A stretch of DNA of 10,280 nucleotides from a virus (IMGVR_UViG_2690316323_000007), one strand, 5' to 3'. Positions 1 through 7,136 are shown, numbered from the stretch's first letter. The notes: a model not told the origin generated them from the sequence alone. Numbers and translations are program-made.

Positions 1-1251
1 GTGCTTACCGATACAAAATTAAAAAACCTCAAGCCGCAGGACAAACTGTACAAGGTCTCCGATCGTGACGGGCTGTATGTAGCTGTGCTTACGTCAGGCA
101 CGGTCTCGTTTCGCTATGACTACCGTATCAACGGTCGCCGCGAAACACTGGTAATCGGGCAGTATGGGCGTGACGGTATCAGCCTGGCAGAAGCGCGGGA
201 AGAACTGATTGCTGCAAAGAAGCTGCTTAAAGCAGGCCAGTCGCCGGCTGCGGCTAAACGTGACGGTATCAAAAAGATTCGTGGTGCCGAGACATTTGCG
301 GTACATACCGACAGTTATATGAAACACGTCATCCTGGCTGAAAGTACCCGCGCAATGAAACAGGCGGTGATCGACCGTGACATACTTCCGGTTCTTGGCA
401 ATAAAATGATGGCTGAAATTACCACATCGATGGTTCGTGATTTGTGTGACCGGATTGTCGAACGCGGTGGCCGGGCAACAGCAGTGCAGGCCAGGGAGAT
501 CATCAGTAGCGTATACCGTCACGCCAATGACCGTGGTCATGGTTTGTTTAATCCTGCGGCTGACATTAAACCTTCGTCTATCGCCATATTTAAACCACGA
601 GAGCGAACACTGACACCAGAAGAAATTGGCCTGTTCTTCCGCACGCTGGATGCCATTGGTGCTATGGGCACTATGAAAATGGCTTTAAAGCTGGTGCTTA
701 TCACTATGGTTCGTAAAGGCGAATTCACCAATGCAACGTGGGATGAAATAGATTTTAAAAAATGGACATGGACAATTCCTTCAGACCGCATGAAGGGAAG
801 CCGGACGCACGTTATTTACCTGCCTAAACAGGCACAGGATATATTGGTTGGGTTGCAGATGTGCGCTGGTGGAAGTGAATATCTGGTTCCTGGTCGTTAC
901 AATTTCCGGAAGCCATTATCTAATGCCGCGCTGAACTCTCTGATCGACAGAACGGTGAAAATAATAAATGAAGATGGTGAGCATATTCAGGACTTCACCG
1001 TACACGATATGCGCCGTACAGCAAGTACGTTGTTGCATGAGGCTGGTTATCCTTCAGACTGGATTGAAAAGGCTCTGGCACATGAGCAGAAAGGTGTGCG
1101 CGCCGTATATAACAAAGCGGAATACGCCAGACAGCGCGCCTACATGTTGCAGCAGTGGGCCGATATGATTGATTCCTGGATTGACGGGGAGCATACGGAT
1201 CTGATTCCGTTCTCCCCGTCGAAGTTTGAGAAATGGATGGCGGGGGAATAA
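1..1251 (+). CDS. Tyrosine recombinase / phage integrase, P4-like family (416 aa, GTG start at window position 1; upstream context not visible)
   Basis: N-terminal arm-type DNA-binding region (MLTDTKLKNLKP...DGLYVAV...FRYDYRINGRRETLVIG) and C-terminal catalytic region with H-x-x-R (HDMRRTASTLL) and a candidate catalytic Tyr (VRAVYNKAEY). Stop TAA at 1249-1251. Because the ORF starts at base 1, the true start could lie further upstream. Confidence 0.9.
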   Translation: MLTDTKLKNLKPQDKLYKVSDRDGLYVAVLTSGTVSFRYDYRINGRRETLVIGQYGRDGISLAEAREELIAAKKLLKAGQSPAAAKRDGIKKIRGAETFAVHTDSYMKHVILAESTRAMKQAVIDRDILPVLGNKMMAEITTSMVRDLCDRIVERGGRATAVQAREIISSVYRHANDRGHGLFNPAADIKPSSIAIFKPRERTLTPEEIGLFFRTLDAIGAMGTMKMALKLVLITMVRKGEFTNATWDEIDFKKWTWTIPSDRMKGSRTHVIYLPKQAQDILVGLQMCAGGSEYLVPGRYNFRKPLSNAALNSLIDRTVKIINEDGEHIQDFTVHDMRRTASTLLHEAGYPSDWIEKALAHEQKGVRAVYNKAEYARQRAYMLQQWADMIDSWIDGEHTDLIPFSPSKFEKWMAGE

Positions 1252-1258
1252 TTTTGCC

Positions 1259-1276
1259 CGGCACATCCCTGTGCCG
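1259..1276. terminator. Short hairpin between convergent genes (CGGCACA-tccc-TGTGCCG); possible weak bidirectional terminator
   Basis: Perfect 7-bp inverted repeat with a 4-nt loop in the 31-bp gap between the integrase stop (1251) and the Bro-N gene stop (1283). No clear U-tract on either side, so terminator function is uncertain. Confidence 0.3.
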
Positions 1277-1282
1277 CCGCCG

Positions 1283-1975
1283 TCAGAAGAACTCTGCTTT
1301 GTCGTTGATGTACTCCGCGTGCGTCTGGATATCACGCAGGCATTTGCTCACACCAACGATGTAGCAGAACATGGTGGTCAGCTCCGCCGCCGCGCCCGAT
1401 ACGTCGTGCCCGTCTTCCTGTAACTGGTTCAGCAGATTCATCAGCAGTGAGTTCTCCGTCAGGCCGAGAACACCAGACGGAGAATGAATCAGGCTACGGT
1501 AGCCGGGCTTCAGCGGGGCGCTGTAGGTTTTGTTCTCTATCTTCATTGCCTGCATCACTGCTGATGCTGTGGCGTTGGCTACCTGGTCGGCAACCATCTT
1601 TATGCGTTCTTCCTGCGGGAGCGAGTTTTTAATGTAACTTCCGGTGCGGCGGATCTGAGGAAGAACCTCACCTGTAACCCATTCAAGAAATCTGAATGCT
1701 CTCGTTCCCTCAGTCATTGCCTCTTTGCAACGCAGAATAAGGATGTAGAGACCTGATTCTGAAACGATGGATAGTTCTTGTATTCCACCAGGGGTCTGTA
1801 TTGAATACAGCCCCTTTTTGTTCCAGCCTTTTTTATCAAGTTTTCTCGCTTGTGTAACATCAATATTCAAAGCATTGCACACATCTTTGGTGACAAACCA
1901 AGGTTCTCCGTCAATCATGAACATACGGATCTGGCAGGATGACTCAAAGGAAAAGATGGAAGGTTTGGTATTCAT
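1283..1975 (-). CDS. Bro-N domain protein (antirepressor-like) with a C-terminal domain that is paralogous to the 85-aa protein at 3359..3616
   Basis: Six-frame ORF 1283..2020 trimmed to the internal ATG (1975..1973 on minus), which has an RBS (AAGGTGA) about 6 nt upstream. The N-terminal half matches the Bro-N pattern (FSFESSCQIRMFMIDGEPWFVTKDVCNALNI...GLYILILRCKEAMTEGTRAFRFLEWVTGEVLPQIRRTG). The C-terminal ~70 aa align with the small protein at 3359..3616. Confidence 0.85.
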   Translation of the reverse strand: MNTKPSIFSFESSCQIRMFMIDGEPWFVTKDVCNALNIDVTQARKLDKKGWNKKGLYSIQTPGGIQELSIVSESGLYILILRCKEAMTEGTRAFRFLEWVTGEVLPQIRRTGSYIKNSLPQEERIKMVADQVANATASAVMQAMKIENKTYSAPLKPGYRSLIHSPSGVLGLTENSLLMNLLNQLQEDGHDVSGAAAELTTMFCYIVGVSKCLRDIQTHAEYINDKAEFF

Positions 1976-2001
1976 GGCGATCACCTTTGTAGTTAGGTTA
2001 A

Positions 2002-2034
2002 TCACCACCGCTGAGACCAATCAGATGGTGGTGA
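2002..2034. promoter_or_regulatory. Inverted repeat TCACCACC-N17-GGTGGTGA in the Bro-N gene upstream region; candidate operator
   Basis: Perfect 8-bp arms at 2002-2009 and 2027-2034, located about 27-60 bp upstream of the Bro-N start codon on the minus strand. Function is inferred from position only. Confidence 0.3.
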
Positions 2035-2162
2035 ACTGTGCAGAGTTGGTCTTACCGGCTACAAAGGAACCCGGCGCACCTTTCGGTGCCCCCACACAGC
2101 CCACCATAGAATAGGTGCGCTTTACACATAAAAAAACCGCTTATGCGGCATATGTGCCTCTG

Positions 2163-2216
2163 TAGTAATCCGGGAGACCAATCCCGGCACTGGATTTTGC
2201 CAGTGCCCGATTACTA
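2163..2216. other. Nested stem-loop element in the divergent intergenic region (candidate RNA structure or protein-binding site)
   Basis: Inner stem CCGGCACTGG (2184-2193) / CCAGTGCC(G) (2200-2208) with loop ATTTTG; outer arms TAGTAATC (2163-2170) / GATTACTA (2209-2216). The 9-mer GAGACCAAT occurs both at 2175-2183 inside this element and at 2013-2021. No flanking U-tract, so it is not a classical terminator. Confidence 0.35.
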
Positions 2217-2335
2217 TGGCACAAGAGGAGTGCGATGTAAATTTACCGCAAAGGTAATAATAAATGCATAACTCACGTTATTTCAACCCTATGTGGTTTG
2301 ATTGATCCCATTTCAGAAAATACCTGCCTATTTTT

Positions 2336-2365
2336 TTGCCAGTATGCGTATACTTTCGATAGAAT
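2336..2365 (+). promoter_or_regulatory. Candidate sigma70 promoter for the two-gene operon (TTGCCA-18 nt-TAGAAT)
   Basis: -35-like TTGCCA at 2336-2341 and -10-like TAGAAT at 2360-2365 with an 18-nt spacer, about 55 bp upstream of the ATG at 2419. Confidence 0.45.
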
Positions 2366-2418
2366 GTTTACCCTAGAGGTAGTTGGGGGGGCCCGTGAAC
2401 ACGAAGAGAGCTACAGTA

Positions 2419-2838
2419 ATGCAGCATTTGAGGAAATCAGAAAAAAATAAAGACCATGAAATATTGAGTAAGGCCATTGTTCGGGCTTCCAATAATACTG
2501 TTATACCTCATGCTGAAGAGACTGGACAGAAATTTCTTATTCGGTATTTCACTGAAAATAGTGCAGTTGAGGAGATTTTAAAACATCAGGGAGGGGAATT
2601 TAAATGTGGAAAACTGGCAGATTATGTTCGTCGTGAAACGTCTGAACAAGAAGTATATTATGCTGATATTAATCATAAGTCAGGTGTGAAAATTGTAATA
2701 GGCTATTACACAACTCCCAAAAATGTTATGCATGAGGTCCCAAAGATGTCCGTCGAGAAATCTCATGCAATCTCGCGCAGGATGTTTGCACGCACTGCCG
2801 AAGATATGGCTCAGGAGCTCTACGACGATGCTGAATAA
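2419..2838 (+). CDS. Hypothetical protein (139 aa), first gene of a translationally coupled pair; candidate antitoxin/partner of the downstream gene
   Basis: ORF 2383..2838; start assigned to ATG 2419, which has an RBS-like AAGAGAG about 9 nt upstream (alternatives: GTG 2395, TTG 2383). No family recognised by eye; acidic C-terminus (ELYDDAE). Its stop TAA (2836-2838) overlaps the downstream start inside the string ATGCTGAATAA. Confidence 0.7.
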   Translation: MQHLRKSEKNKDHEILSKAIVRASNNTVIPHAEETGQKFLIRYFTENSAVEEILKHQGGEFKCGKLADYVRRETSEQEVYYADINHKSGVKIVIGYYTTPKNVMHEVPKMSVEKSHAISRRMFARTAEDMAQELYDDAE

Positions 2839-3334
2839 ATTCCAGGGGTTGGTTCACCCTGGAATTTTTGGGAAGGACCCTGAGCTAATACCTATCAAAA
2901 ACGCGTTCATAGATCACTGGCGCTACGGTCATCATAAGGATTTCGGAAAGGACACTCTGTTTCGGGATCCACCGAAAGAGATGCTGGAATATCACATACG
3001 CCACGTTCACGTAAACATCGGAAACTATACTGACAAGTTTGGTGAGAGCGGTACGGAACAATGCTGGAAAAACTGGGCATCCGGGAAGAAAGACAAGACC
3101 ACCAACAAGCATAAAAAAATACCAACCAGTGATGTGTATGTGATTTATCTTGTAACGTCTGAGCGACATGCGTTTCTTCTGGATTACTGGGATGAGCCAG
3201 CACACAAAAAAGTAGAAATTGACGAACAAAAACAAAAACTTCTTGTCGAGTGTGACAGAATTTTGCGGCTGAAAAATTTAGAATCCATGCCGCGCGATGC
3301 AAGTTTGTGGGACCCGGAATTTTACGACTGTTAA
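2828..3334 (+). CDS. Hypothetical protein (168 aa), second gene of the pair; weak resemblance to YafO-family type II toxins (tentative)
   Basis: ORF 2723..3334 trimmed to ATG 2828, which overlaps the upstream stop by 11 nt. Recalled YafO-like features: FGKD/FGRD-type motifs (IFGKDPE, DFGKDTLFRDPP), HIRHVHVNIGN, and a C-terminal block VYVIYLVTSERHAFLLDYWDEPAHKK. Confidence refers to the CDS call; the family assignment alone is about 0.4. Confidence 0.7.
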   Translation: MLNKFQGLVHPGIFGKDPELIPIKNAFIDHWRYGHHKDFGKDTLFRDPPKEMLEYHIRHVHVNIGNYTDKFGESGTEQCWKNWASGKKDKTTNKHKKIPTSDVYVIYLVTSERHAFLLDYWDEPAHKKVEIDEQKQKLLVECDRILRLKNLESMPRDASLWDPEFYDC

Positions 3335-3335
3335 T

Positions 3336-3360
3336 GGCCGCTCTTGCGGCCTTTAAATTT
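3336..3360 (+). terminator. Candidate rho-independent terminator after the two-gene operon (GGCCGC-tctt-GCGGCC followed by TTTAAATTT)
   Basis: Perfect 6-bp GC stem (3336-3341 / 3346-3351) with a 4-nt loop and a T-rich tail, sitting between the convergent stop codons at 3334 and 3359. Confidence 0.45.
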
Positions 3361-3616
3361 ACCGGGTTTGTTTTCGTAATTGTTCGGCACAATAGTCGAG
3401 ATGTGTTTGCAGATCCCGCATAGACATCTGTGAGCTGGTGACGTAGTTAATCAGTGCAGTCAGTTCGGCAAGTGGGCCATCGACATTAAATCCATCCTTA
3501 TCGAGATCCCGGAGTAATTTCATCAAGTGCGATCCCTCCACCAGTGACCTGACGCCTCCCGGCGTGTGAATCCTTTCGGTAAATCCGTCTTCCAGTGGAT
3601 AGTGATACTGCTGCAT
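3359..3616 (-). CDS. Small protein (85 aa), stand-alone paralog of the Bro-N protein C-terminal domain; predicted SOS-regulated
   Basis: ORF 3359..3634 trimmed to the ATG at 3616 (MQQYHYP...), which has an RBS GGAGAAG about 7 nt upstream; the ATG at 3634 lies inside that RBS. Shares about 40% identity by eye with residues ~160-231 of the 1283..1975 protein (IH[ST]P.GV..L.E.S.LM.LL..L..DG..V.G..AELT...Y......RD[IL]QTH). A LexA box sits 20 bp upstream. Confidence 0.7.
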   Translation of the reverse strand: MQQYHYPLEDGFTERIHTPGGVRSLVEGSHLMKLLRDLDKDGFNVDGPLAELTALINYVTSSQMSMRDLQTHLDYCAEQLRKQTR

Positions 3617-3635
3617 CTTATCTTCTCCATGCAAT

Positions 3636-3655
3636 AACTGTATATTTATACAGTA
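3636..3655. promoter_or_regulatory. LexA (SOS) box: AACTGTATATTTATACAGTA
   Basis: Matches the E. coli LexA consensus TACTGTATATATATACAGTA at 18 of 20 positions, with both CTGT and ACAG half-sites intact and 8-bp spacing. Lies immediately upstream of the minus-strand small gene (start 3616) and within the divergent region shared with the tail fiber gene. Confidence 0.75.
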
Positions 3656-3691
3656 TCAAATAATTTGTTTGCTATCCAGCACGTTTTGCAA

Positions 3692-3758
3692 ATTACCTGA
3701 AAGGTAATATCTGTTCGTATTCACACCCTTTCTATCCATATGTGGTTTTTCAGGTAAT
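3692..3758. promoter_or_regulatory. Cluster of GGTAAT half-sites upstream of the tail fiber gene (palindrome ATTACC-tgaaa-GGTAAT plus a further AGGTAATA copy)
   Basis: Palindrome at 3692-3708; AGGTAATA repeated at 3702-3709 and 3752-3759; TACCTGAAA (3694-3702) is the reverse complement of TTTCAGGTA (3748-3756). No good sigma70 -35/-10 pair is apparent for the tail fiber gene. Confidence 0.35.
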
Positions 3759-3811
3759 AGAATAACCAGATATGCGGCGCAACGGGTGCTGCGACTATCT
3801 GGAGATTTAAC

Positions 3812-6787
3812 ATGACGGTCTCAACCGAAGTTGACCACAACGAATACACAGGTAACGGCGTTACGACATCATTTCCGTATACCTTTAGGGTTTTCAAGGA
3901 ATCTGATCTGGCAGTACAGGTGGTTGACCTTGACGAAAATATCGCTGTGCTGGCTCTTGATACTGATTACACTGTCACTGGGGCTGGTGGATATAATGGC
4001 GGTAATGTAATTCTGTCGAAGGCGTTAGCTAACGGTTATCAGATTTCTATATCACGAGAGCTACCGGTTACGCAGGAAACTGATCTGCGAAATCAGGGAA
4101 AGTTTTTCGCTGAGGTGCATGAAGACGCGTTAGATAAGCTGACGATGCTGATACAGCAAGTCCGCAGTTGGTTTAGCCTGGCGCTGCGCAAACCATCATT
4201 TGTGGCAAACTATTACGATGCTTTGAATAATTACATCCGCAATTTGCGCGATCCTTCCAAGCCTCAAGATGCAGCTACAAAGAATTATGTTGATAATATT
4301 GTTAATGTGAATATTAACAGGACATTACGGGTTCCAGATAATTTTATTGAACCACTTCCTCCAGTTCATTTACTGGAAGAAACTGTCATTGGTATCGTCA
4401 ATGGTAAACCTATAGGTGTACCTGTGCCTTCTGGCAGTGCCGCAGATGTTCTTCTGCAATTATCTAGCGCAGGAGAAGGAAAAGGAGATGCATTAATTGG
4501 TGTAAGGCAGCCATTTGCCGGGGCTGTAACTATAACTCAGCATGAAAACAATGCTCTTTTCTTAAATGTAAAACAATTCGGAGCAATTGGGGATGGGAAA
4601 TATCATCCATTATCTGAGAGGTTTTCTTCAATTTCTGAAGCAAAATCCTTATATCCTTTTGTTGACTCATTATCTCAGTCAATAGACTGGGCCGCGTGGC
4701 AAGCTGCCATTAACACAGGAAAGGTTATTTATGGTACTGATAATGCGTATGTAATAACGGATACGTTAACACCTGTTTCTGGTGGTGGGATAATTGGTCT
4801 TGGTGTGGGCAAATGGGTCTCTGGATATACTGCAACATTTGCTCCTGATATTACCACAGGGACCACATTCCTGATGTACGGTGTAGGAAATAAAAAATAT
4901 ACTGTAGATTGTGTTTCTAATATGGATGTTAGTGGTGGTGTGGTTTCTAATCCATCTTCCGAAGACCCGTATACAACAACGGCACCTGCGTCATCATATG
5001 ATTTATTGGATTTTACTAACGGTGATGCTAATGGGGCTACAAGAGCCACGCTTAAACCATTCTCTGCCGCAATATTGATGCCAGAGACAGGATGTGTTCG
5101 CCTTGAGAACTTTCGTATTGTTCCATATTTCAATGGGCTGGATGGTTATAAAGACATTGCAAATACCGGTCTTGGCGATGAGTGGGATGTAGGTATTTGG
5201 TCACGTGCGTCTTTTGGCAATGAATACCGCAATTTGCAGGTGGTTGGATACTGGCGCAAGACGGCACTTTTAAAAACGAACATTCCTGTATCTGGCACGC
5301 TGGCCGCTCAGGGCGAGGATGAAAACTATTATCACTGTAGATTCCAGGGATTCAAGGGTGTTTCGATCCGCGCCCATGATGTATTCCGAATTACAGCGGT
5401 AACGTCCAGCACTATCGAAATCCCATGGTCATCAAGCCACACCTTCGAAACGTCCGGGGTTTTAAGATCGGGAGGCAGGAATTTCACTTATTCAGGATTA
5501 TCCGTATCCGGTGATAAGTTAGTATTTACTGGAGTGTCTAACGCTTCTGAGGCAACAGTAGGTTCTACTATACGGCGAAATGACATAGATAACTTTGGTA
5601 TGGCGGGAACGCAATTTTTCGATTGCTACATTACCAGCCTGTATCACCACACACATCTGCTTGCCACATCGCAATACCTGTCTCAGCCATTCAGCCGGCC
5701 ATCAGAGTGTATGGAGGTTTCAGGGGAACCAGTTCGCGGTGTACAGGTACATGCAGGAACCATTCAGGGATGGGATGATGTTCTTATTCATCTGCATGAC
5801 TGTGGAAATATGAACTTTTACAGTACATATTTCGAAAGCCAGCCAGCATATGTAACTATAAATGGTGGTAATGCTATTGGTTATGGAGCACGTATGATAG
5901 CTTCCAGGCAATCAACAAGCTCATTACCATATGCAGCAGGGAATACTCGAGTGCTTAGAATGGTCGGGTGCTCTGAAGGCAATGGCGTTGACTGGGGTCC
6001 TGTATTTAACAACTATACAGGAGGAAGATATAATTCTGGAGACGGTGTATTTAACCCCCGCGATGCATTTGTAGACCATAAATCTCTTCCTGAGCAGTCA
6101 GGAGGTGAGTCAAGACTCGTATCACAAAAAGGAAATGCCAGAGTAGTATGTGGTGTTGGTAAAACTGTACTGCTTGGACCAACTTCAGGAGATTGTAATT
6201 TACAGAGTAATACTGGAAGTTTAAATATTAGAAGTGGGATAAGAGTAAGAATCGGTCACGCTGATGGAACAGACTGGTGGTTGGCAGATGCTAATAAAAT
6301 AGCTCCTGTTGATGATAATGTTAAAGCTATTGGACAGCCATCAAACAGATGCTCTGTTATCTATGCAGGAACCGGGTCAATCAATACGTCAGATGAAACT
6401 CTTAAAACAAGATATGATATTCTTAATGCAGAGCGTGATGCCGCTATTGAAATAAAGTCAGTCATCTATAAATTTAAATTTAATGACTCAATTAATCACA
6501 AAGGAATTGAGTCGTCCAGGTATCATTTTGGCGTTGGCGCTCAAACCGTAGGGGATATTCTTAGAAAGCATGGTTTAAACCCTGAGCAATATGCTTTTTG
6601 GTGTTACGATGAATGGCCTGACGTATGGGATGAAGAGGTGATAACTGAAGAGAGCACAGATCCTGATACAGGTGAGAAAATTTATTCTCAATATAAAACA
6701 GGAGATATGATTCTTGTAAAAAAAGCAGGAGGACGCTACGGAATTCGTTATGACGAATTAGCCATGTTTATATTAATGTCAATGTAA
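3812..6787 (+). CDS. Tail fiber / tailspike protein (991 aa) with T7 gp17-like N-terminal adaptor, central pectate-lyase-like beta-helix (putative depolymerase) and C-terminal intramolecular chaperone (peptidase S74-like) domain
   Basis: ATG 3812 with GGAG 7 nt upstream. N-terminus (YTGNGVTTSFPYTFRVFKESDLAVQVVD...DYTVTG) resembles podovirus tail fiber N-terminal domains. Central region has the beta-helix start motif (NVKQFGAIGDGK...DWAAWQAAINTGK). C-terminal ~130 aa (SDETLKTRYDILNAERDAAIEIKSVIYKF...YHFGVGAQTVGDILRKHGL) resembles the self-cleaving chaperone of endosialidase-type tailspikes. Confidence 0.85.
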   Translation: MTVSTEVDHNEYTGNGVTTSFPYTFRVFKESDLAVQVVDLDENIAVLALDTDYTVTGAGGYNGGNVILSKALANGYQISISRELPVTQETDLRNQGKFFAEVHEDALDKLTMLIQQVRSWFSLALRKPSFVANYYDALNNYIRNLRDPSKPQDAATKNYVDNIVNVNINRTLRVPDNFIEPLPPVHLLEETVIGIVNGKPIGVPVPSGSAADVLLQLSSAGEGKGDALIGVRQPFAGAVTITQHENNALFLNVKQFGAIGDGKYHPLSERFSSISEAKSLYPFVDSLSQSIDWAAWQAAINTGKVIYGTDNAYVITDTLTPVSGGGIIGLGVGKWVSGYTATFAPDITTGTTFLMYGVGNKKYTVDCVSNMDVSGGVVSNPSSEDPYTTTAPASSYDLLDFTNGDANGATRATLKPFSAAILMPETGCVRLENFRIVPYFNGLDGYKDIANTGLGDEWDVGIWSRASFGNEYRNLQVVGYWRKTALLKTNIPVSGTLAAQGEDENYYHCRFQGFKGVSIRAHDVFRITAVTSSTIEIPWSSSHTFETSGVLRSGGRNFTYSGLSVSGDKLVFTGVSNASEATVGSTIRRNDIDNFGMAGTQFFDCYITSLYHHTHLLATSQYLSQPFSRPSECMEVSGEPVRGVQVHAGTIQGWDDVLIHLHDCGNMNFYSTYFESQPAYVTINGGNAIGYGARMIASRQSTSSLPYAAGNTRVLRMVGCSEGNGVDWGPVFNNYTGGRYNSGDGVFNPRDAFVDHKSLPEQSGGESRLVSQKGNARVVCGVGKTVLLGPTSGDCNLQSNTGSLNIRSGIRVRIGHADGTDWWLADANKIAPVDDNVKAIGQPSNRCSVIYAGTGSINTSDETLKTRYDILNAERDAAIEIKSVIYKFKFNDSINHKGIESSRYHFGVGAQTVGDILRKHGLNPEQYAFWCYDEWPDVWDEEVITEESTDPDTGEKIYSQYKTGDMILVKKAGGRYGIRYDELAMFILMSM

Positions 6788-6797
6788 TAATAAATGC

Positions 6798-6837
6798 AAT
6801 AACCCCGAATAAAACAGCGGGGTTATTGTTATTATAA
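6798..6837 (+). terminator. Rho-independent terminator downstream of the tail fiber gene
   Basis: 10-bp stem AATAACCCCG (6798-6807) / CGGGGTTATT (6818-6827) with a 10-nt loop, followed by the T-rich stretch GTTATTATAAT. Confidence 0.6.
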
Positions 6838-7080
6838 TAATGATCTTAACTTCTTAAATGATATTTATATGCACTTGGATTATTAAATCTATATTATGCC
6901 TGTTATTTATGTGTTCTGTTATATGTTTTGCAGGCACTGTTGGCAGCATTAAAGGAAATTGTATTTATGGCGAAATAGCTGGTATCGTGTTTTTATTGTG
7001 CGTAAAAATAACAGACTGCATATATTATTGTATAAAGTTTTGGAAATGAAAACACTCAAACTTACCGCTGTGGATATGTT

Positions 7081-7109
7081 TTGACCATCGCGAATTGGAT
7101 TGGTAATAT
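7081..7109 (+). promoter_or_regulatory. Strong sigma70-like promoter upstream of the lysis cassette (TTGACC-17 nt-TGgTAATAT, extended -10)
   Basis: -35 TTGACC at 7081-7086, 17-nt spacer, -10 TAATAT at 7104-7109 preceded by TG at 7101-7102. Located about 85 bp upstream of the first lysis gene. Confidence 0.55.
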
Positions 7110-7120
7110 TGGGTAACAAA

Positions 7121-7136
7121 AAACCATAAATGGTTT
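7121..7136. promoter_or_regulatory. Perfect 16-bp palindrome AAACCATAAATGGTTT just downstream of the predicted transcription start; candidate operator
   Basis: Arms AAACCAT (7121-7127) and ATGGTTT (7130-7136), separated by AA. Sits between the promoter -10 and the RBS AGGAGG (7161-7166). Confidence 0.4.

Noticed and set aside
94-540. Antisense ORFs inside the integrase gene (94..540 -, 315..503 -, 537..791 -, 968..1168 +, 995..1264 -)
   Set aside because: They lie entirely within or overlap the well-supported integrase CDS, lack RBS-like sequences and have no recognisable protein features. They are treated as chance ORFs.
1976-2100. LexA box upstream of the Bro-N gene
   Set aside because: I looked for CTGT-N8-ACAG in the Bro-N upstream region. 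Only isolated CTGT (2036-2039) and ACAG (2096-2099) occur, with wrong spacing, so no SOS box is called here.
2383-2418. N-terminal extension of operon gene A from TTG 2383 or GTG 2395
   Set aside because: The candidate promoter -10 ends at 2365, so these starts would be only about 10-25 nt from the transcript start, and neither has a properly spaced SD. ATG 2419 has a better RBS. The longer form cannot be excluded.
2907-3392. 161-aa and 116-aa minus-strand ORFs overlapping gene B of the operon
   Set aside because: They are antisense to a coding region with better start and RBS context and translational coupling. Their sequences are low-complexity and Cys/Trp-rich, as expected from reverse-frame translation of an AT-rich gene.
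3617-3634. Upstream ATG (3634) as the start of the small minus-strand gene
   Set aside because: This ATG lies inside the GGAG-containing RBS for the downstream ATG at 3616 and only 1 nt from the LexA box, so the shorter 85-aa form is favoured.
4729-5133. Internal ORFs within the tail fiber gene (4729..5133 -, 5595..5813 +, 5720..5911 -)
   Set aside because: They are embedded in a long, well-supported CDS with no independent translation signals.
6858-7049. 63-aa Cys/Ile-rich ORF in the AT-rich spacer between the tail fiber gene and the lysis cassette
   Set aside because: There is no SD-like sequence upstream, and the extreme composition (Cys, Ile, Phe) is what AT-rich non-coding DNA yields when translated. 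It is more likely a promoter/regulatory spacer, though a small membrane peptide cannot be fully excluded.
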